DNA of 40,023 nt from Pseudomonadota bacterium. Its GTDB lineage: Bacteria > Pseudomonadota > Gammaproteobacteria > UBA4575. Every line of letters begins with the position of its first letter. The first letter of the stretch is position 1. The notes beneath the pieces are model-generated. The model made no database searches. It saw only the letters and a list, made by a program, of their open reading frames with translations, and had not been told where the DNA came from. Of the stretch, positions 17,990 through 28,044 are shown one piece after another. The position numbers were made by a program, and so were the translations under genes. The DNA is taken from positions 1 to 40,023 of the forward strand of contig VXPJ01000046.1 in the NCBI GenBank assembly GCA_009839635.1, in the 5' to 3' direction.

Positions 17990-20485
17990 TCAAAAGCTGT
18001 ACAGCCAACCGCTCAGCAAGGTGAATTCGGCTTCCGCGTTTTCACGGTGCTCGGGCTCATGCGACCAGGTCGCGCCAAAGCGCCATTCGCCCAGGACCAG
18101 GGGCTGGCGCCAGTGCGCAGCCACGTCCACCTGGCGACCGCTCGGCGCCAGGCGGGCAGTCATGGAACGTTGCAGGACGGTGCCCGCAGGGGTGCGCCCG
18201 ACAGGGACCTTGAGGGAGGCGCGGCCCCCCTCGATACGAAGCGGCTGTGACACCGACAAGCGAAACGTGCCAGCCTCGCCGACTTCCCGGGTGGCGCGAA
18301 CCGCGAACGTGCTGGTTGCAAGCGAGGAGACCCCGGTGATCAGGCCCCGCGTGGACGCGGGGCGTACCCGGCCGATCTCGGCGCTGGCTCCAAGTGCCCA
18401 GCCGGCAAGCTCCGAATCCATCGACAGCCCGAAAAATACGGCATCAGCGCCGAGTTCGCCGAATGCCCCTTGAGCACGGGCACCAAGCAGGGAATCGGGC
18501 TCGCCAAGCCACCCGGCATGCAGGGCCACCGGGGTACCCGCAGCCTGCCAGGACACCAGCGCACCGGTCGCCGGCGTCTCGCCCGCCACCCCCTCGCTCG
18601 TGAACGCACTCGCGGAGAAACCGGACGGACCCGACACGCTCAATGCCACGGCCGGCTCGGCACGTGCGAAATGACCGGCCTGGCCCGCGCCCGGCATCTC
18701 CATCAGGCCAAGTCTCCATCGCGAGGCAGAAAGCCCGGGCGATAGCAGTTCCTGCACGTAGATGAAATCGAAGTCCTCGCCCAACGGGGCACGGGTATCG
18801 GGGACGCCGGACAGGAAGTCCTGCATCTGCACGTTCATTGGGGGTTTATAGGCGGGGGCTGCGAAACTGCCGAGATCAAACCAGAAGGGGGCACCGAGGG
18901 CATCGAAGGCAGCCATCTCGTGCCCGCGCAGCGATTGCACGAGGCCATCCCCGAAGGCCGGGCTGGACAGCAGTTGCGTGTTCTGCAACAGGACGCCCGG
19001 AGTACCGATATCGGTTTGCCGGGGGACCTCGAGCAGCCCCACCGGTGAGGTGGCAGCGCCGAGATCCATCAGGCCGTGGCCATACACCGCACGGTTGGCG
19101 TAGATCCCGCGATCGTTGGCGGTATCGAGCAGCCTGGACAGCAGGGCCGTGTTGGAGAGCTGGTTTCTGAACAACTGCTTCATCACCGCCAGCCCACCGG
19201 TGACCATGGGAGCGGCAAACGAGGTGCCGTCGACGGTCGCGATGCCCCGGAATCCGTCCTGGCCCTCGTGCGGCCCGAAATAGGTCGCCAGGATATCCTC
19301 GCCCGGGGCGGCCAGGCACCAGTTCGCGGCGATGCCGCAGCGGTTGGAGAAATCGGTGATCAGACCGTCCTCACCGATGGCCGCCACGGCGACCGTGTGG
19401 CCGCGAAGCTCCGGGATGCGGGCCATCAGGCCCGGCAATACTTCGACCGAGACCGCGTTGATCGCGAGGTTCCGGCAGTGGTCTTGGCCTGCTACACAGC
19501 TGTCCCCATGGCCGTTGCCCGCGGCCCACACCAGCACGGTCTTCTCATTCACACCGTGCTGGGCCATCGCGGCGATGGCATTGCCGAAATTGGCGCGCAG
19601 CTCACGCACGCTGTAACTGTTGATGATGCCCTCCGAACCCACGCTGAGGTTCAGGAAGTCCACCGTCCTCGTTCCGCTTCGCCAGTTCAGGGCACCGTTG
19701 ATGACGGTCGTCCAGAAGCTGTCGCGGGACTGCAGGCCGCTCAGCGTAATCGGGTTGTAGCCCGCCGGGCCCCGGCCCGTCGGAATGGCGAACATGGCGA
19801 TGTTTGCACCCCAGGCGACACCGTGACCGGCATTGACGGTGGTGACGATTCGAGGGGCCGCCGCCACGCTGGCCACCGCAGTGCCGTGGGAAAACCGGGT
19901 GCCGGTTTCGTTGACAGCCCCGGCCAGGAAGACCTCATTGATGGTCGAGCCGGCAAACAACTGGTGGGACAGATCGATGCCGGAGTCCACGAAGCCGACC
20001 GTCACCCCCTCGCCCGGGTCAATGGGAAGCCCGGTGAGCAACTCCATGTGGGCATAGGCGCGCTGTGCCCGGATGCTGGACAAGCCCCACTGGTTGTTGA
20101 AGTTGCGCTGGTTCTCGTAGACCGTCATCCGGCCACTCACCTCATTGTCGAATTCCGCAAGCCCGAGGCAGCCCTTGTTGACCGTCTGGATACACAGTGT
20201 GGATGGGTCCGGGGGTAATGAAGGCAGCGATGGTGGTGTCAGGGTCGGTGCCGGGGCGGCCATCTCCACCGGGGTTTGCTGCTCCGGGGTTTCTACCGGG
20301 TCGGAGCCTCCCTGAGAGGGCGTTGCAGGCGGCTGTGCATCCGAGCTGGAACCGCCGCCGCCACCTCCGCATGCACCAAGGACCATGACCAGCGCAAGAC
20401 CGGCCAGGCGCAGGGTTCTCTTGCCCGCATGGCGGCCGGATGAACCCGGCACGCAGGGCAGGCAAAAGACAGGGTGAGTCATCAT
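17990..20485 (-). CDS. lipidated subtilisin-like (S8) serine protease autotransporter, NalP/SphB1-like
   Basis: Lipobox LVMVLGAC-GGGGGGSSS. S8 triad motifs VGFVDSGID, SHGTAVASVAAA and GTSFAAPMVTGGLA. C-terminal beta-domain ends ...LLSGWLYSF. Start taken at the ATG pair 20482-20485. Confidence 0.9.
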   Translation of the reverse strand: MMTHPVFCLPCVPGSSGRHAGKRTLRLAGLALVMVLGACGGGGGGSSSDAQPPATPSQGGSDPVETPEQQTPVEMAAPAPTLTPPSLPSLPPDPSTLCIQTVNKGCLGLAEFDNEVSGRMTVYENQRNFNNQWGLSSIRAQRAYAHMELLTGLPIDPGEGVTVGFVDSGIDLSHQLFAGSTINEVFLAGAVNETGTRFSHGTAVASVAAAPRIVTTVNAGHGVAWGANIAMFAIPTGRGPAGYNPITLSGLQSRDSFWTTVINGALNWRSGTRTVDFLNLSVGSEGIINSYSVRELRANFGNAIAAMAQHGVNEKTVLVWAAGNGHGDSCVAGQDHCRNLAINAVSVEVLPGLMARIPELRGHTVAVAAIGEDGLITDFSNRCGIAANWCLAAPGEDILATYFGPHEGQDGFRGIATVDGTSFAAPMVTGGLAVMKQLFRNQLSNTALLSRLLDTANDRGIYANRAVYGHGLMDLGAATSPVGLLEVPRQTDIGTPGVLLQNTQLLSSPAFGDGLVQSLRGHEMAAFDALGAPFWFDLGSFAAPAYKPPMNVQMQDFLSGVPDTRAPLGEDFDFIYVQELLSPGLSASRWRLGLMEMPGAGQAGHFARAEPAVALSVSGPSGFSASAFTSEGVAGETPATGALVSWQAAGTPVALHAGWLGEPDSLLGARAQGAFGELGADAVFFGLSMDSELAGWALGASAEIGRVRPASTRGLITGVSSLATSTFAVRATREVGEAGTFRLSVSQPLRIEGGRASLKVPVGRTPAGTVLQRSMTARLAPSGRQVDVAAHWRQPLVLGEWRFGATWSHEPEHRENAEAEFTLLSGWLYSF

Positions 20486-20611
20486 GTATGTTCTCAAACG
20501 GGTTCCGGTCCGGGGGTTCTCTCGGCAATCCCCCGCAAGACTGCGGTCACCGTGGCGGGAAATTATAAATCAGGCGCGCTCGAGGTTGCCATTCACCTCG
20601 CATGAGGTGAG

Positions 20612-23080
20612 CTATCCGGGCGCATCCCGCGAGGCATCCGAATCGCTTCCCCGCATGCCCTCCAGCGCACCAAGATCGAGGGCTGCGCGCGATGCGGTCT
20701 CGCGAATGACCTCGGGCAGTTCATCAAAATCGTCATGTCCACAGGCACGCGCAATGGCCGCCTTGACCTTGGGGTCCAGCGCCTCCTCGTCCAAGGGGTA
20801 GCCCACCACCATCTGCAGGGCGCCGCGGATATTTCTCCACAGGCGCGTGGCCTCGGCCAGGCGCGCAGCCACTTCTTCATCCATCAGCCCACAGCCGCCA
20901 GCCGTTTCATACACGGAGGCGGTGTCGGAAACCAGCAAGGTCAGGGCATCCTCGGCGTGGGTCAGCTGGACCCAGCGCGCCGCATGCTCAAGTTCGTGCA
21001 GGCCGCCGTGCATGTCCTCGATCGAGACAAGACCCGGCCCCGGGACATCGTCGGCCACCGCCGAGAGCTTATCCAGCAATTCAAGGCGCCCCGTCCCGTG
21101 CGTCAGGACTTCGCAGCGTGCCTTGTCCAGGTGCACCTCAAGGCCTGAATCCACCGGCGCAAATATGCAACGCGCCTGCATCAATGTGTGTAGCTCGTAG
21201 GCCGTTCCTGCCGTTCTGTGATGTTCTGTAAATTCCTCCAGGGAGCGCACCGGCGCGGCCTCCCGGGTGCGCGGGATCTCCGCAAACAGCAGGTTCTCGT
21301 GCGAGAACGAACGCAGCGCATTGTAAAAGCGAGCCCCCAGGGACCGGAAGTACTCGGGCGGGGTGCCTTCGTATACGAACGCGATCTCGAGTTCGCAGCC
21401 AGGCACGGCTTCGCCGCTTGCCGCATCGCCGAGCAGGACCGCGGCCAGTGCGCCGCGGGCACGTCGTGCGCGCCTTGATGTAGAGCGATACTCGTCCTCG
21501 ACGGCGGCCAGCAGTACAGAGATCGAGGCCTGTGCAAGGTTCGTGAACACGGGTCCCGCCTCCACCGGCGAGAGGTTGCCGCGCATCACGTGCATGCTCA
21601 CCTGGAAGACCTTGTCGTTGAGCCAGTTGCGCACGGTCTCGACTTTCTCGCGCTCGCCCTGGGCCGGCAGCTCGGCCAGCTGCTCGGTCATCTCTACCAG
21701 CCCGAATTCATGCGTCCAGTACAAACGCGCGAGCCCCTTGCGCGCGATCGTCTCAAAGCCCGTGTCCGGCCCAAAGCCATCCGGCAGGTCCAGGTCGGTG
21801 AATTCGCGGTCCTCGAGGCAGTCCAGCAGTTCCGGGGCGGCGTTGATCCACTCGGTCAGGCGCGGCGAGGCTCCGAGGATTTCCTGGATGCGCTCGATCG
21901 ATTCCGGGCGGGCCACGAAGGCCGCACTGTCGTAGGCGCTCCAGTCACCGATATGCGGATAGAAGTGCGCGCGCCAGCGGTCCACCATCGGGTCCATGAC
22001 CTCGAACCAGCGTTTGGGGGCCACGGCGAGCCCGGCCATCTCGGAATAGTTCCTGGGCAGCTGCGGGGACTCCTCCTCGCCGTGATGCTGCAGCAGCGGG
22101 TAGTAGCGGGTGGCCTCGATGTGATGGTCGGCATGGCGCTGCATGTTGTAGTAGATCCAGTTGGTGAACTTGCTGGCCGCACTCCAGGAATGGCGGGGCG
22201 CGACACGCTCGAAGCGGCCATTGGGCAGGCGGATGCGCTGCAGCCCGTAGTGCTGCACGTAATTGATGATTTTCATGGACAGGATGATGCCCGAGCAAAA
22301 CAGCGCAAACACCAGCACCGCCCAGATCCCGCCCATCCAGTAGACCAGCAGATACCATCCGGCCATCGTCAGGCCATAGCGCCAGAACGGGTTGCTGTAA
22401 TGCCACACCGGCAGGTGCCGCCTCGACAGCCGGCTGCACTCGAAACGCCAGGACTCGCGCAGGCTCGCGGCCAGATCCTTGGGCAGGTACTGCCAGAAGC
22501 TCTGACCCTTGATCGCCGTGCCGTGATCGGCCGGCGTGCACACCAGGGCATGGTGCACGTAGATGTGTTCGGTGGCGTAGATCGGGTACGACACGGACGC
22601 CAGCAGCAGCTCGCCCAGGCGACGCTCCCACAGGGCACGTTGATGGATCAGTTCGTGTCCGGCGATGAACACCGCCTGTCCCACCAGGGCCAGGAGGACG
22701 GCCAGCAGCAGGCTTTCCCACAGCGCCAGGTGGCCCACAACCAGGATCTGCCAGAGCGCATAGACGAACGTCACCAGCCACAGGAGTGCCCAGGCCCAGA
22801 TCGCAAGCTTGTACAGGATCAGCTGGCTCTCCAGGGTGGCCTCCGGGTCCATGTTGCGCGTTTCCGTGCCGAACAGCTTGTCGAACCAGCCGGCCAGCAT
22901 GAAATAGACGGCCGGCCCGAGCAGCCACCAGCCCCCGAAGGTGGCGGCCAGCAGCATCAGGGGGAAGACCATCAGCGAGATGAAATACGGAAGGGCCGCC
23001 CAGATCGTCGGCTCGATGATGCCGCCTTGAGGGCCGGCTCCGGCACCCACACCACCCGGTTCTACGTTACCTATCGCCAT
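20612..23080 (-). CDS. fusion of an AlkB-family membrane di-iron oxygenase with a GlnE-like nucleotidyltransferase-type domain
   Basis: N-terminal ~395 aa carry HELIHQ, EHIYVHH, NYVQHYGL and QRHADHH (AlkB His boxes and the NYxEHYGL signature). The C-terminal ~425 aa resemble the glutamine-synthetase adenylyltransferase repeat (...GCELEIAFVYEG...RSLEEFTEHHR...). Start at ATG 23080 with GGAGG 5 nt upstream; the track start 23095 is TTG. Confidence 0.85.
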   Translation of the reverse strand: MAIGNVEPGGVGAGAGPQGGIIEPTIWAALPYFISLMVFPLMLLAATFGGWWLLGPAVYFMLAGWFDKLFGTETRNMDPEATLESQLILYKLAIWAWALLWLVTFVYALWQILVVGHLALWESLLLAVLLALVGQAVFIAGHELIHQRALWERRLGELLLASVSYPIYATEHIYVHHALVCTPADHGTAIKGQSFWQYLPKDLAASLRESWRFECSRLSRRHLPVWHYSNPFWRYGLTMAGWYLLVYWMGGIWAVLVFALFCSGIILSMKIINYVQHYGLQRIRLPNGRFERVAPRHSWSAASKFTNWIYYNMQRHADHHIEATRYYPLLQHHGEEESPQLPRNYSEMAGLAVAPKRWFEVMDPMVDRWRAHFYPHIGDWSAYDSAAFVARPESIERIQEILGASPRLTEWINAAPELLDCLEDREFTDLDLPDGFGPDTGFETIARKGLARLYWTHEFGLVEMTEQLAELPAQGEREKVETVRNWLNDKVFQVSMHVMRGNLSPVEAGPVFTNLAQASISVLLAAVEDEYRSTSRRARRARGALAAVLLGDAASGEAVPGCELEIAFVYEGTPPEYFRSLGARFYNALRSFSHENLLFAEIPRTREAAPVRSLEEFTEHHRTAGTAYELHTLMQARCIFAPVDSGLEVHLDKARCEVLTHGTGRLELLDKLSAVADDVPGPGLVSIEDMHGGLHELEHAARWVQLTHAEDALTLLVSDTASVYETAGGCGLMDEEVAARLAEATRLWRNIRGALQMVVGYPLDEEALDPKVKAAIARACGHDDFDELPEVIRETASRAALDLGALEGMRGSDSDASRDAPG

Positions 23081-23201
23081 AACAACCTCCAGCAAAGCGC
23101 TGGAACGTATTCATCGTTGAAATTCATTGTCCGCATCGGGATTGGCATGTCAAGGCGCGGGCTGGCGCATTTCACGCTGGTCAGCGCCTGTGATCCCCAT
23201 T

Positions 23202-25589
23202 ATGCTACGGAGCATGGTTGCGGATTCGGGTATGCCAGGACCACACAGCCCGCACGTGGCGGGCACAGGGCCGAATGCGACTGCCCCGCAAGGCCTGCTG
23301 CACAAGGTGAGTGCGGCCGATACCGGTGTCATTGACAGACCCGTGCTGACCCCGCATCTCGAGTACCGGATCCTCGACGCCGAGCGCGTGCTGCTCGTCT
23401 CCGAATCCTTCAACACGCTGCTGCACGGCCCGTTCTACGGCTCGCTGCTGGCGCTGCTGGATGGCACGCACAGCCACGACGAGATCACATCCACCCTGGG
23501 GTCGCAGTGGGTTGGCCAGGATCCTGAGGTCTGGCTCAAATCCCTTGCATCGCGAGGCTACATCGTTTCAGGTGAATACCGCATGGCCCGCGAGCGCGCG
23601 GCCTGGTGGTCCTCGCTGGGGGCCTCCCCTCGGTTTGTCGAGGAGCGCCTGGGAAGCGCAGGCGTGAGCGTGGCCGGGGACGAGGAGTGTGCCCTCACGG
23701 ATGCGCTGGAGTCGATGGGCGTGGCCGCAGGTCCAGGATACGAGGATCTCCGTGTGGTGGTCTGCGAGGACTACCTCGATGCAGTGCATGCGGACACGAA
23801 CCGCGCACAGATGGACTCGGGGCAGCCCTGGATGCTGGCCCGTCCGAAGGGGACCAGTCCGCTCATCGGCCCGGTGTTTTGCCCGGGCACGGGCGGGCCG
23901 TGCTGGAATTGCCTCGCTTACCGCCTGCAAAACCACCAGGAGGTCCATACTTTCGTGCGCAACCGCGAGGGCGAGGCGGGCGCATTTCGTGCCTTCGCCA
24001 TCGAGCCCGGGCTGCTGGAGGCGGTGCACGCACTGATCGCGGCCGAGATCGCCAAGTGGCTGGTGTTCGCCGAGCGTGCCCCGATTCACTCGAACGCGAT
24101 CTCGCTTGAGTTCGGCCCGCTGAAAACGACACACCATCCCGTGCGCCGGCGCCCGCAGTGCCCGGCGTGTGGTGAGGAGGCACACTACCGCGCGGATCGC
24201 CCGGCGCAGGTGGTGCAGCTCAAGCCGAGCCCGAAGGATGTGCAAAACAGCGGCGGGCTTCGCGCGGTCCATCCGGAACAGACCCTGGCGCGCTACTCCC
24301 ACCTGATCAGCCCGGTCAGCGGCGTGGTCAGCTGGCTGGAGCGCACCACCGAGGTCAGCGACCCCTGGCTGCACGTGCACTGGGCCGGCTCCAACCTGGC
24401 GCTTCGCATCAAGAGCCTGAGTTCGCTGCGGCGCAGCCTTCGAAGCAAGAGCGCGGGCAAGGGGAGCACGCCCGAGCAGTCGCAGGCGAGCGCGCTTTGC
24501 GAGGCCATCGAGCGCTATTCGGGCGCCTTCCACGGCGATGAGATCCGCACCCGCAAGCGCTATTCGGAATTCAAAGGCCAGGATGAAGATGGACAGGCCA
24601 TCCATCCGAACGAGGTACAGCTGTTCAGTGACCACCAGCTTGAGCACGCCGATGAAATCAATGCCCGCGCACACCCCTACAACATCATTCCCCCGCACTT
24701 TGATGCGCAAGCCGAGATCGACTGGTCGCCGGTGTACTCGCTCACCCGCGCGCGCCACTACTACCTGCCGACCTCGATCCTCTACGGCATGACCCCCGAG
24801 CAGCGCGGCCCGGGCGATCTGTGGGCGGACTCGAACGGCTGTGCGGCCGGCAACACGCTGGAGGAGGCTATCCTGCAGGGCTTTCTCGAGCTGGTGGAGC
24901 GCGATGCCTTCTCGATCTGGTGGTACAACCGCCTGCGCTGTCCGGGAGTCGATCTTGAGAGTTTCGACGACGCCTATCTGGCCGGTGCAGCGGACTACTA
25001 CAGGACGCTCGAGCGCGACATGTGGCTGCTCGACGTCAGCGCCGATTTCCCCATCCCGGCCTTCGTGGCGCTGTCGCGCAGAACCGACACGCAACCCGAA
25101 GACATCCTCTACGGGGCCGGTGCGCATACCGATGCGCGCATCGCCGCCCTGCGTGCGGTGTGCGAGATGAACCAGTGCCTGACCTGGGTGCCGCGCCCGA
25201 AAACCGGGCACACCGGCTACGGAGTCGATGACCCGATGTGCCTCGCCTGGTGGCAGAACGCGAGGCTTGAGGCACACCCTTACCTCGCCCCGGATCCCGG
25301 CGCGCCTGTACGCTGTGCCGCGGACTATCCGCTGCCCGAAACCGACGACATCAAGGAGGACGTCGAGCACTGCTGTGCACTGGTGGCCGACAAGGGCCTG
25401 GAGATGCTGGTGCTCGAGCAGACCCGGCCCGACATCGGCATGCCGGTGGCCCGCGTCATCGTGCCGGGCATGCGCCACTTCTGGGAGCGCTTTGCCCCGG
25501 GGCGCCTGTACGAGGTGCCGGTGCAGATGGGCCGGCGCACGGCACCGCTGGCCGAGTCCGAACTCAACCCCGTGGCGGTCATCGCCTGA
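23202..25589 (+). CDS. fused E1-like (SagC-type) / YcaO (SagD-type) azoline-forming cyclodehydratase
   Basis: The N-terminal half has an RRE-like segment and CWNC...CPAC zinc motifs. The C-terminal half has YcaO motifs SAGKGSTPEQSQASALCEAIERYSG and GCAAGNTLEEAILQGFLELVERDAFSIWWYN. The start is uncertain: track TTG 23127, candidate ATGs at 23202, 23214 and 23232. Confidence 0.9.
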   Translation: MLRSMVADSGMPGPHSPHVAGTGPNATAPQGLLHKVSAADTGVIDRPVLTPHLEYRILDAERVLLVSESFNTLLHGPFYGSLLALLDGTHSHDEITSTLGSQWVGQDPEVWLKSLASRGYIVSGEYRMARERAAWWSSLGASPRFVEERLGSAGVSVAGDEECALTDALESMGVAAGPGYEDLRVVVCEDYLDAVHADTNRAQMDSGQPWMLARPKGTSPLIGPVFCPGTGGPCWNCLAYRLQNHQEVHTFVRNREGEAGAFRAFAIEPGLLEAVHALIAAEIAKWLVFAERAPIHSNAISLEFGPLKTTHHPVRRRPQCPACGEEAHYRADRPAQVVQLKPSPKDVQNSGGLRAVHPEQTLARYSHLISPVSGVVSWLERTTEVSDPWLHVHWAGSNLALRIKSLSSLRRSLRSKSAGKGSTPEQSQASALCEAIERYSGAFHGDEIRTRKRYSEFKGQDEDGQAIHPNEVQLFSDHQLEHADEINARAHPYNIIPPHFDAQAEIDWSPVYSLTRARHYYLPTSILYGMTPEQRGPGDLWADSNGCAAGNTLEEAILQGFLELVERDAFSIWWYNRLRCPGVDLESFDDAYLAGAADYYRTLERDMWLLDVSADFPIPAFVALSRRTDTQPEDILYGAGAHTDARIAALRAVCEMNQCLTWVPRPKTGHTGYGVDDPMCLAWWQNARLEAHPYLAPDPGAPVRCAADYPLPETDDIKEDVEHCCALVADKGLEMLVLEQTRPDIGMPVARVIVPGMRHFWERFAPGRLYEVPVQMGRRTAPLAESELNPVAVIA

Positions 25590-25600
25590 GGCACCGGGGC

Positions 25601-27934
25601 ATGAATACACCCGAACATCCGACGTTTGCGATGCGCTTTGGCGAGTGGGTGATCGCCTGGCGCTGGCCGATCATCGTGGCCTCGCTGGTGCTGGTGGCCC
25701 TCGCTGCAAGCGGCATCGCGCGATTTGAGTTCTCCGCCAACTACCGCATCTTCTTCGATGGTGACAACCCGCAACTGCTGGATCTGGAGGCGCTTGAGAA
25801 AACCTACGGCAAGAACGAGAACCTCGCGTTCCTGATCGTCCCCGACGATGGTGACGCCACCTCGCAAAACGCGCTCTCGGCCACCGTCTGGCTGACCGAG
25901 GCCGCCTGGCGAACGCCCTATTCGCGACGCGTGGACTCGCTCGCCAACTTCCAGTACACCACCGCCGACGGCGATGACCTGTACGTGCGCGACCTCATCG
26001 ACCCGCAAACACTGGACGATGCCGAAGTGCGCGAGCAGATCCGGGCCATCGCGCTGTCCGACCCCAGGATCGCCGGCAGCATCCTCGGGCGAGGCGGTGA
26101 TGTCAGTGTCGTCAACGTCACCCTGGAGCCGCCGGAGGAGGGACTGCTCGAGGCCGTGGCGGAAGTGACCGAATACGCCCGCAAGGTGGCTGCCGAGGGG
26201 GAGCAGCGCTTCCCGGGCATCGACCTTCGCATCGTCGGCACGGTCATGGTCAGCCAGACCTTTGTCGAGGCCTCGGTCGACAGCCAGAAGATTTTCCTGC
26301 CGGCCAGCCTCGTGCTCATGGCCGTGATTCTTGGCCTGCTCGTCCGCAGCTGGACGGGTGTGGCCGCGACCGGCCTGGTGATCGTCTTTTCCATCCTCGT
26401 ATCCCTAGGCGGTGGCGTGTGGCTCGGCATGCCGTTCTCGCCGCCCATCTCGCCGGCCCCGACCATCGTGCTGATGATCGTCGTGGCCAACTGCGTGCAC
26501 CTGCTGGTGGCCCTGCAACAGCGGCTTCGCGCGGGCGACTCCAAGAATGAGGCCATCGTCGAGTCGCTCAGATACAACCTGCACCCGGTGTTTCTGGCAA
26601 GCCTGACCACCGCGCTCGGGTTTTTGAGCATGAATTTCTCCGAGGTGCCGCCCTACCGTCATCTCGGCAACTTCATCGCCATCGGCATCGTCGCCTCCTT
26701 CACGCTCTCGGTGACCTTCCTGCCGGCCCTGATCTCGCTGTTGCCGTTTCGCGCACGCCCTGAACGAAAGCTGGGTGCGGTCACCATCGAGCGCCTCGCC
26801 AACACCGTGCTGCGCTACAGGACTGCGCTGTTCGTCACCTGGCTGGTGATCGTTCCGGTCATGCTCACGGCCATTCCCCGCAACGAGCTCAGCGACGTGC
26901 TGGTGCACTTTTTCGATGAGGGCGTGGAGTTTCGCCAGGACACCGATTTCATGGACGAGCACCTGAGCGGCAACACCCTGCTGGAGTACTCGCTGCACGC
27001 TCCCGAGGAAGGCGGGGCCACCCACCCGGATTTCCTGACCGAGATCGCCCGGTTTGCCGAGTGGTACCGTGAACAGCCCCCGGTGCGCCACGTCGCGGTC
27101 ATCACCGACACCTTCCAGCAACTCAACATGAGCATGCACGGCGATGATCCCGCGGCCTACCGTCTCCCGGAAAGCCAGGAGCTCGCGGCGCAGTACCTGT
27201 TGCTGTACGAGCTGTCGCTGCCGCAGGGCCTGGACATGAACAACCAGATCGACCGCTCGAGGTCGGCGACGCGCGTGTCGGTCTCGGCCGAGACGCTGTC
27301 CTCCCGGGAGGTGCTGGAGCTGAATTCGCACGCCAACGCCTGGCTGGCCGAGAACGCATCGGACATTACCGAGATCAACAGCACTGGGCCGGCGACCCTG
27401 TTCGCCTATATCGGACAGCGCAACATCCGCGCCATGCTGATTGGCACCGTGCTGGTGCTGGTGGCGATTTCCGCCATCCTGCTGATCGCCCTGCAGTCGA
27501 TTCGCCTGGGCCTGATCAGCATCGTGCCCAACCTGGTGCCGGCGGCGCTGGGCTTCGGGGTCTGGGGGTTGACGGTCGGGCAGGTGGGGCTTTCGCTCTC
27601 GGTCGTGGTCGCCATGACCGTCGGCATCGTCGTCGACGACACGGTGCATTTTCTCAGCAAGTACCAACGGGCGCGCCGCGAATATGGCCAGGCGCCCGAG
27701 GAAGCCATTCATTATGCCTTCGATACGGCCGGGCGCGCACTGCTCACCACCACGCTCGTGCTGGTCGCCGGCTTCCTGATTTTCGTGTTCTCGCCGTTCG
27801 TACCCACCGCACAGGTGGGCGTGCTGACCGCGATGATCATCGGCTTTGCGCTGGTGGCCGATCTGACCCTCTTGCCGGCACTGCTGATGCTGGTGGACCG
27901 CACGCCCGGAAAGTCCTCCGCGGCCTCACCCTGA
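25601..27934 (+). CDS. RND-superfamily / MMPL-type exporter (COG1033-like)
   Basis: 777 aa with two blocks of about six TM helices separated by large loops, and an N-terminus typical of 'predicted exporters of the RND superfamily'. It starts 12 nt after the ycaO stop, so an operon is likely. Confidence 0.9.
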   Translation: MNTPEHPTFAMRFGEWVIAWRWPIIVASLVLVALAASGIARFEFSANYRIFFDGDNPQLLDLEALEKTYGKNENLAFLIVPDDGDATSQNALSATVWLTEAAWRTPYSRRVDSLANFQYTTADGDDLYVRDLIDPQTLDDAEVREQIRAIALSDPRIAGSILGRGGDVSVVNVTLEPPEEGLLEAVAEVTEYARKVAAEGEQRFPGIDLRIVGTVMVSQTFVEASVDSQKIFLPASLVLMAVILGLLVRSWTGVAATGLVIVFSILVSLGGGVWLGMPFSPPISPAPTIVLMIVVANCVHLLVALQQRLRAGDSKNEAIVESLRYNLHPVFLASLTTALGFLSMNFSEVPPYRHLGNFIAIGIVASFTLSVTFLPALISLLPFRARPERKLGAVTIERLANTVLRYRTALFVTWLVIVPVMLTAIPRNELSDVLVHFFDEGVEFRQDTDFMDEHLSGNTLLEYSLHAPEEGGATHPDFLTEIARFAEWYREQPPVRHVAVITDTFQQLNMSMHGDDPAAYRLPESQELAAQYLLLYELSLPQGLDMNNQIDRSRSATRVSVSAETLSSREVLELNSHANAWLAENASDITEINSTGPATLFAYIGQRNIRAMLIGTVLVLVAISAILLIALQSIRLGLISIVPNLVPAALGFGVWGLTVGQVGLSLSVVVAMTVGIVVDDTVHFLSKYQRARREYGQAPEEAIHYAFDTAGRALLTTTLVLVAGFLIFVFSPFVPTAQVGVLTAMIIGFALVADLTLLPALLMLVDRTPGKSSAASP

Positions 27935-28044
27935 TCCGCCCTTTTGCCGGGGCGAATGCCGGGAAACCCGAACCGCCTGACTGCAGCGGCCAAGCCATCA
28001 GGGGCTTAACTTCCGGAGTTCGCTGACCTAGACTGTCCACTACC

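Noticed and set aside
23127-23201. 5' extensions of several track ORFs, for example ycaO from TTG 23127, luxR from 3929, the TonB receptor from 12424, the LolA-like gene from 37294 and the AlkB fusion from TTG 23095.
   Set aside because: Internal ATG starts with better Shine-Dalgarno sequences give sensible N-termini or signal peptides. The extensions run into repeats or divergent promoter regions. The ycaO start remains uncertain.
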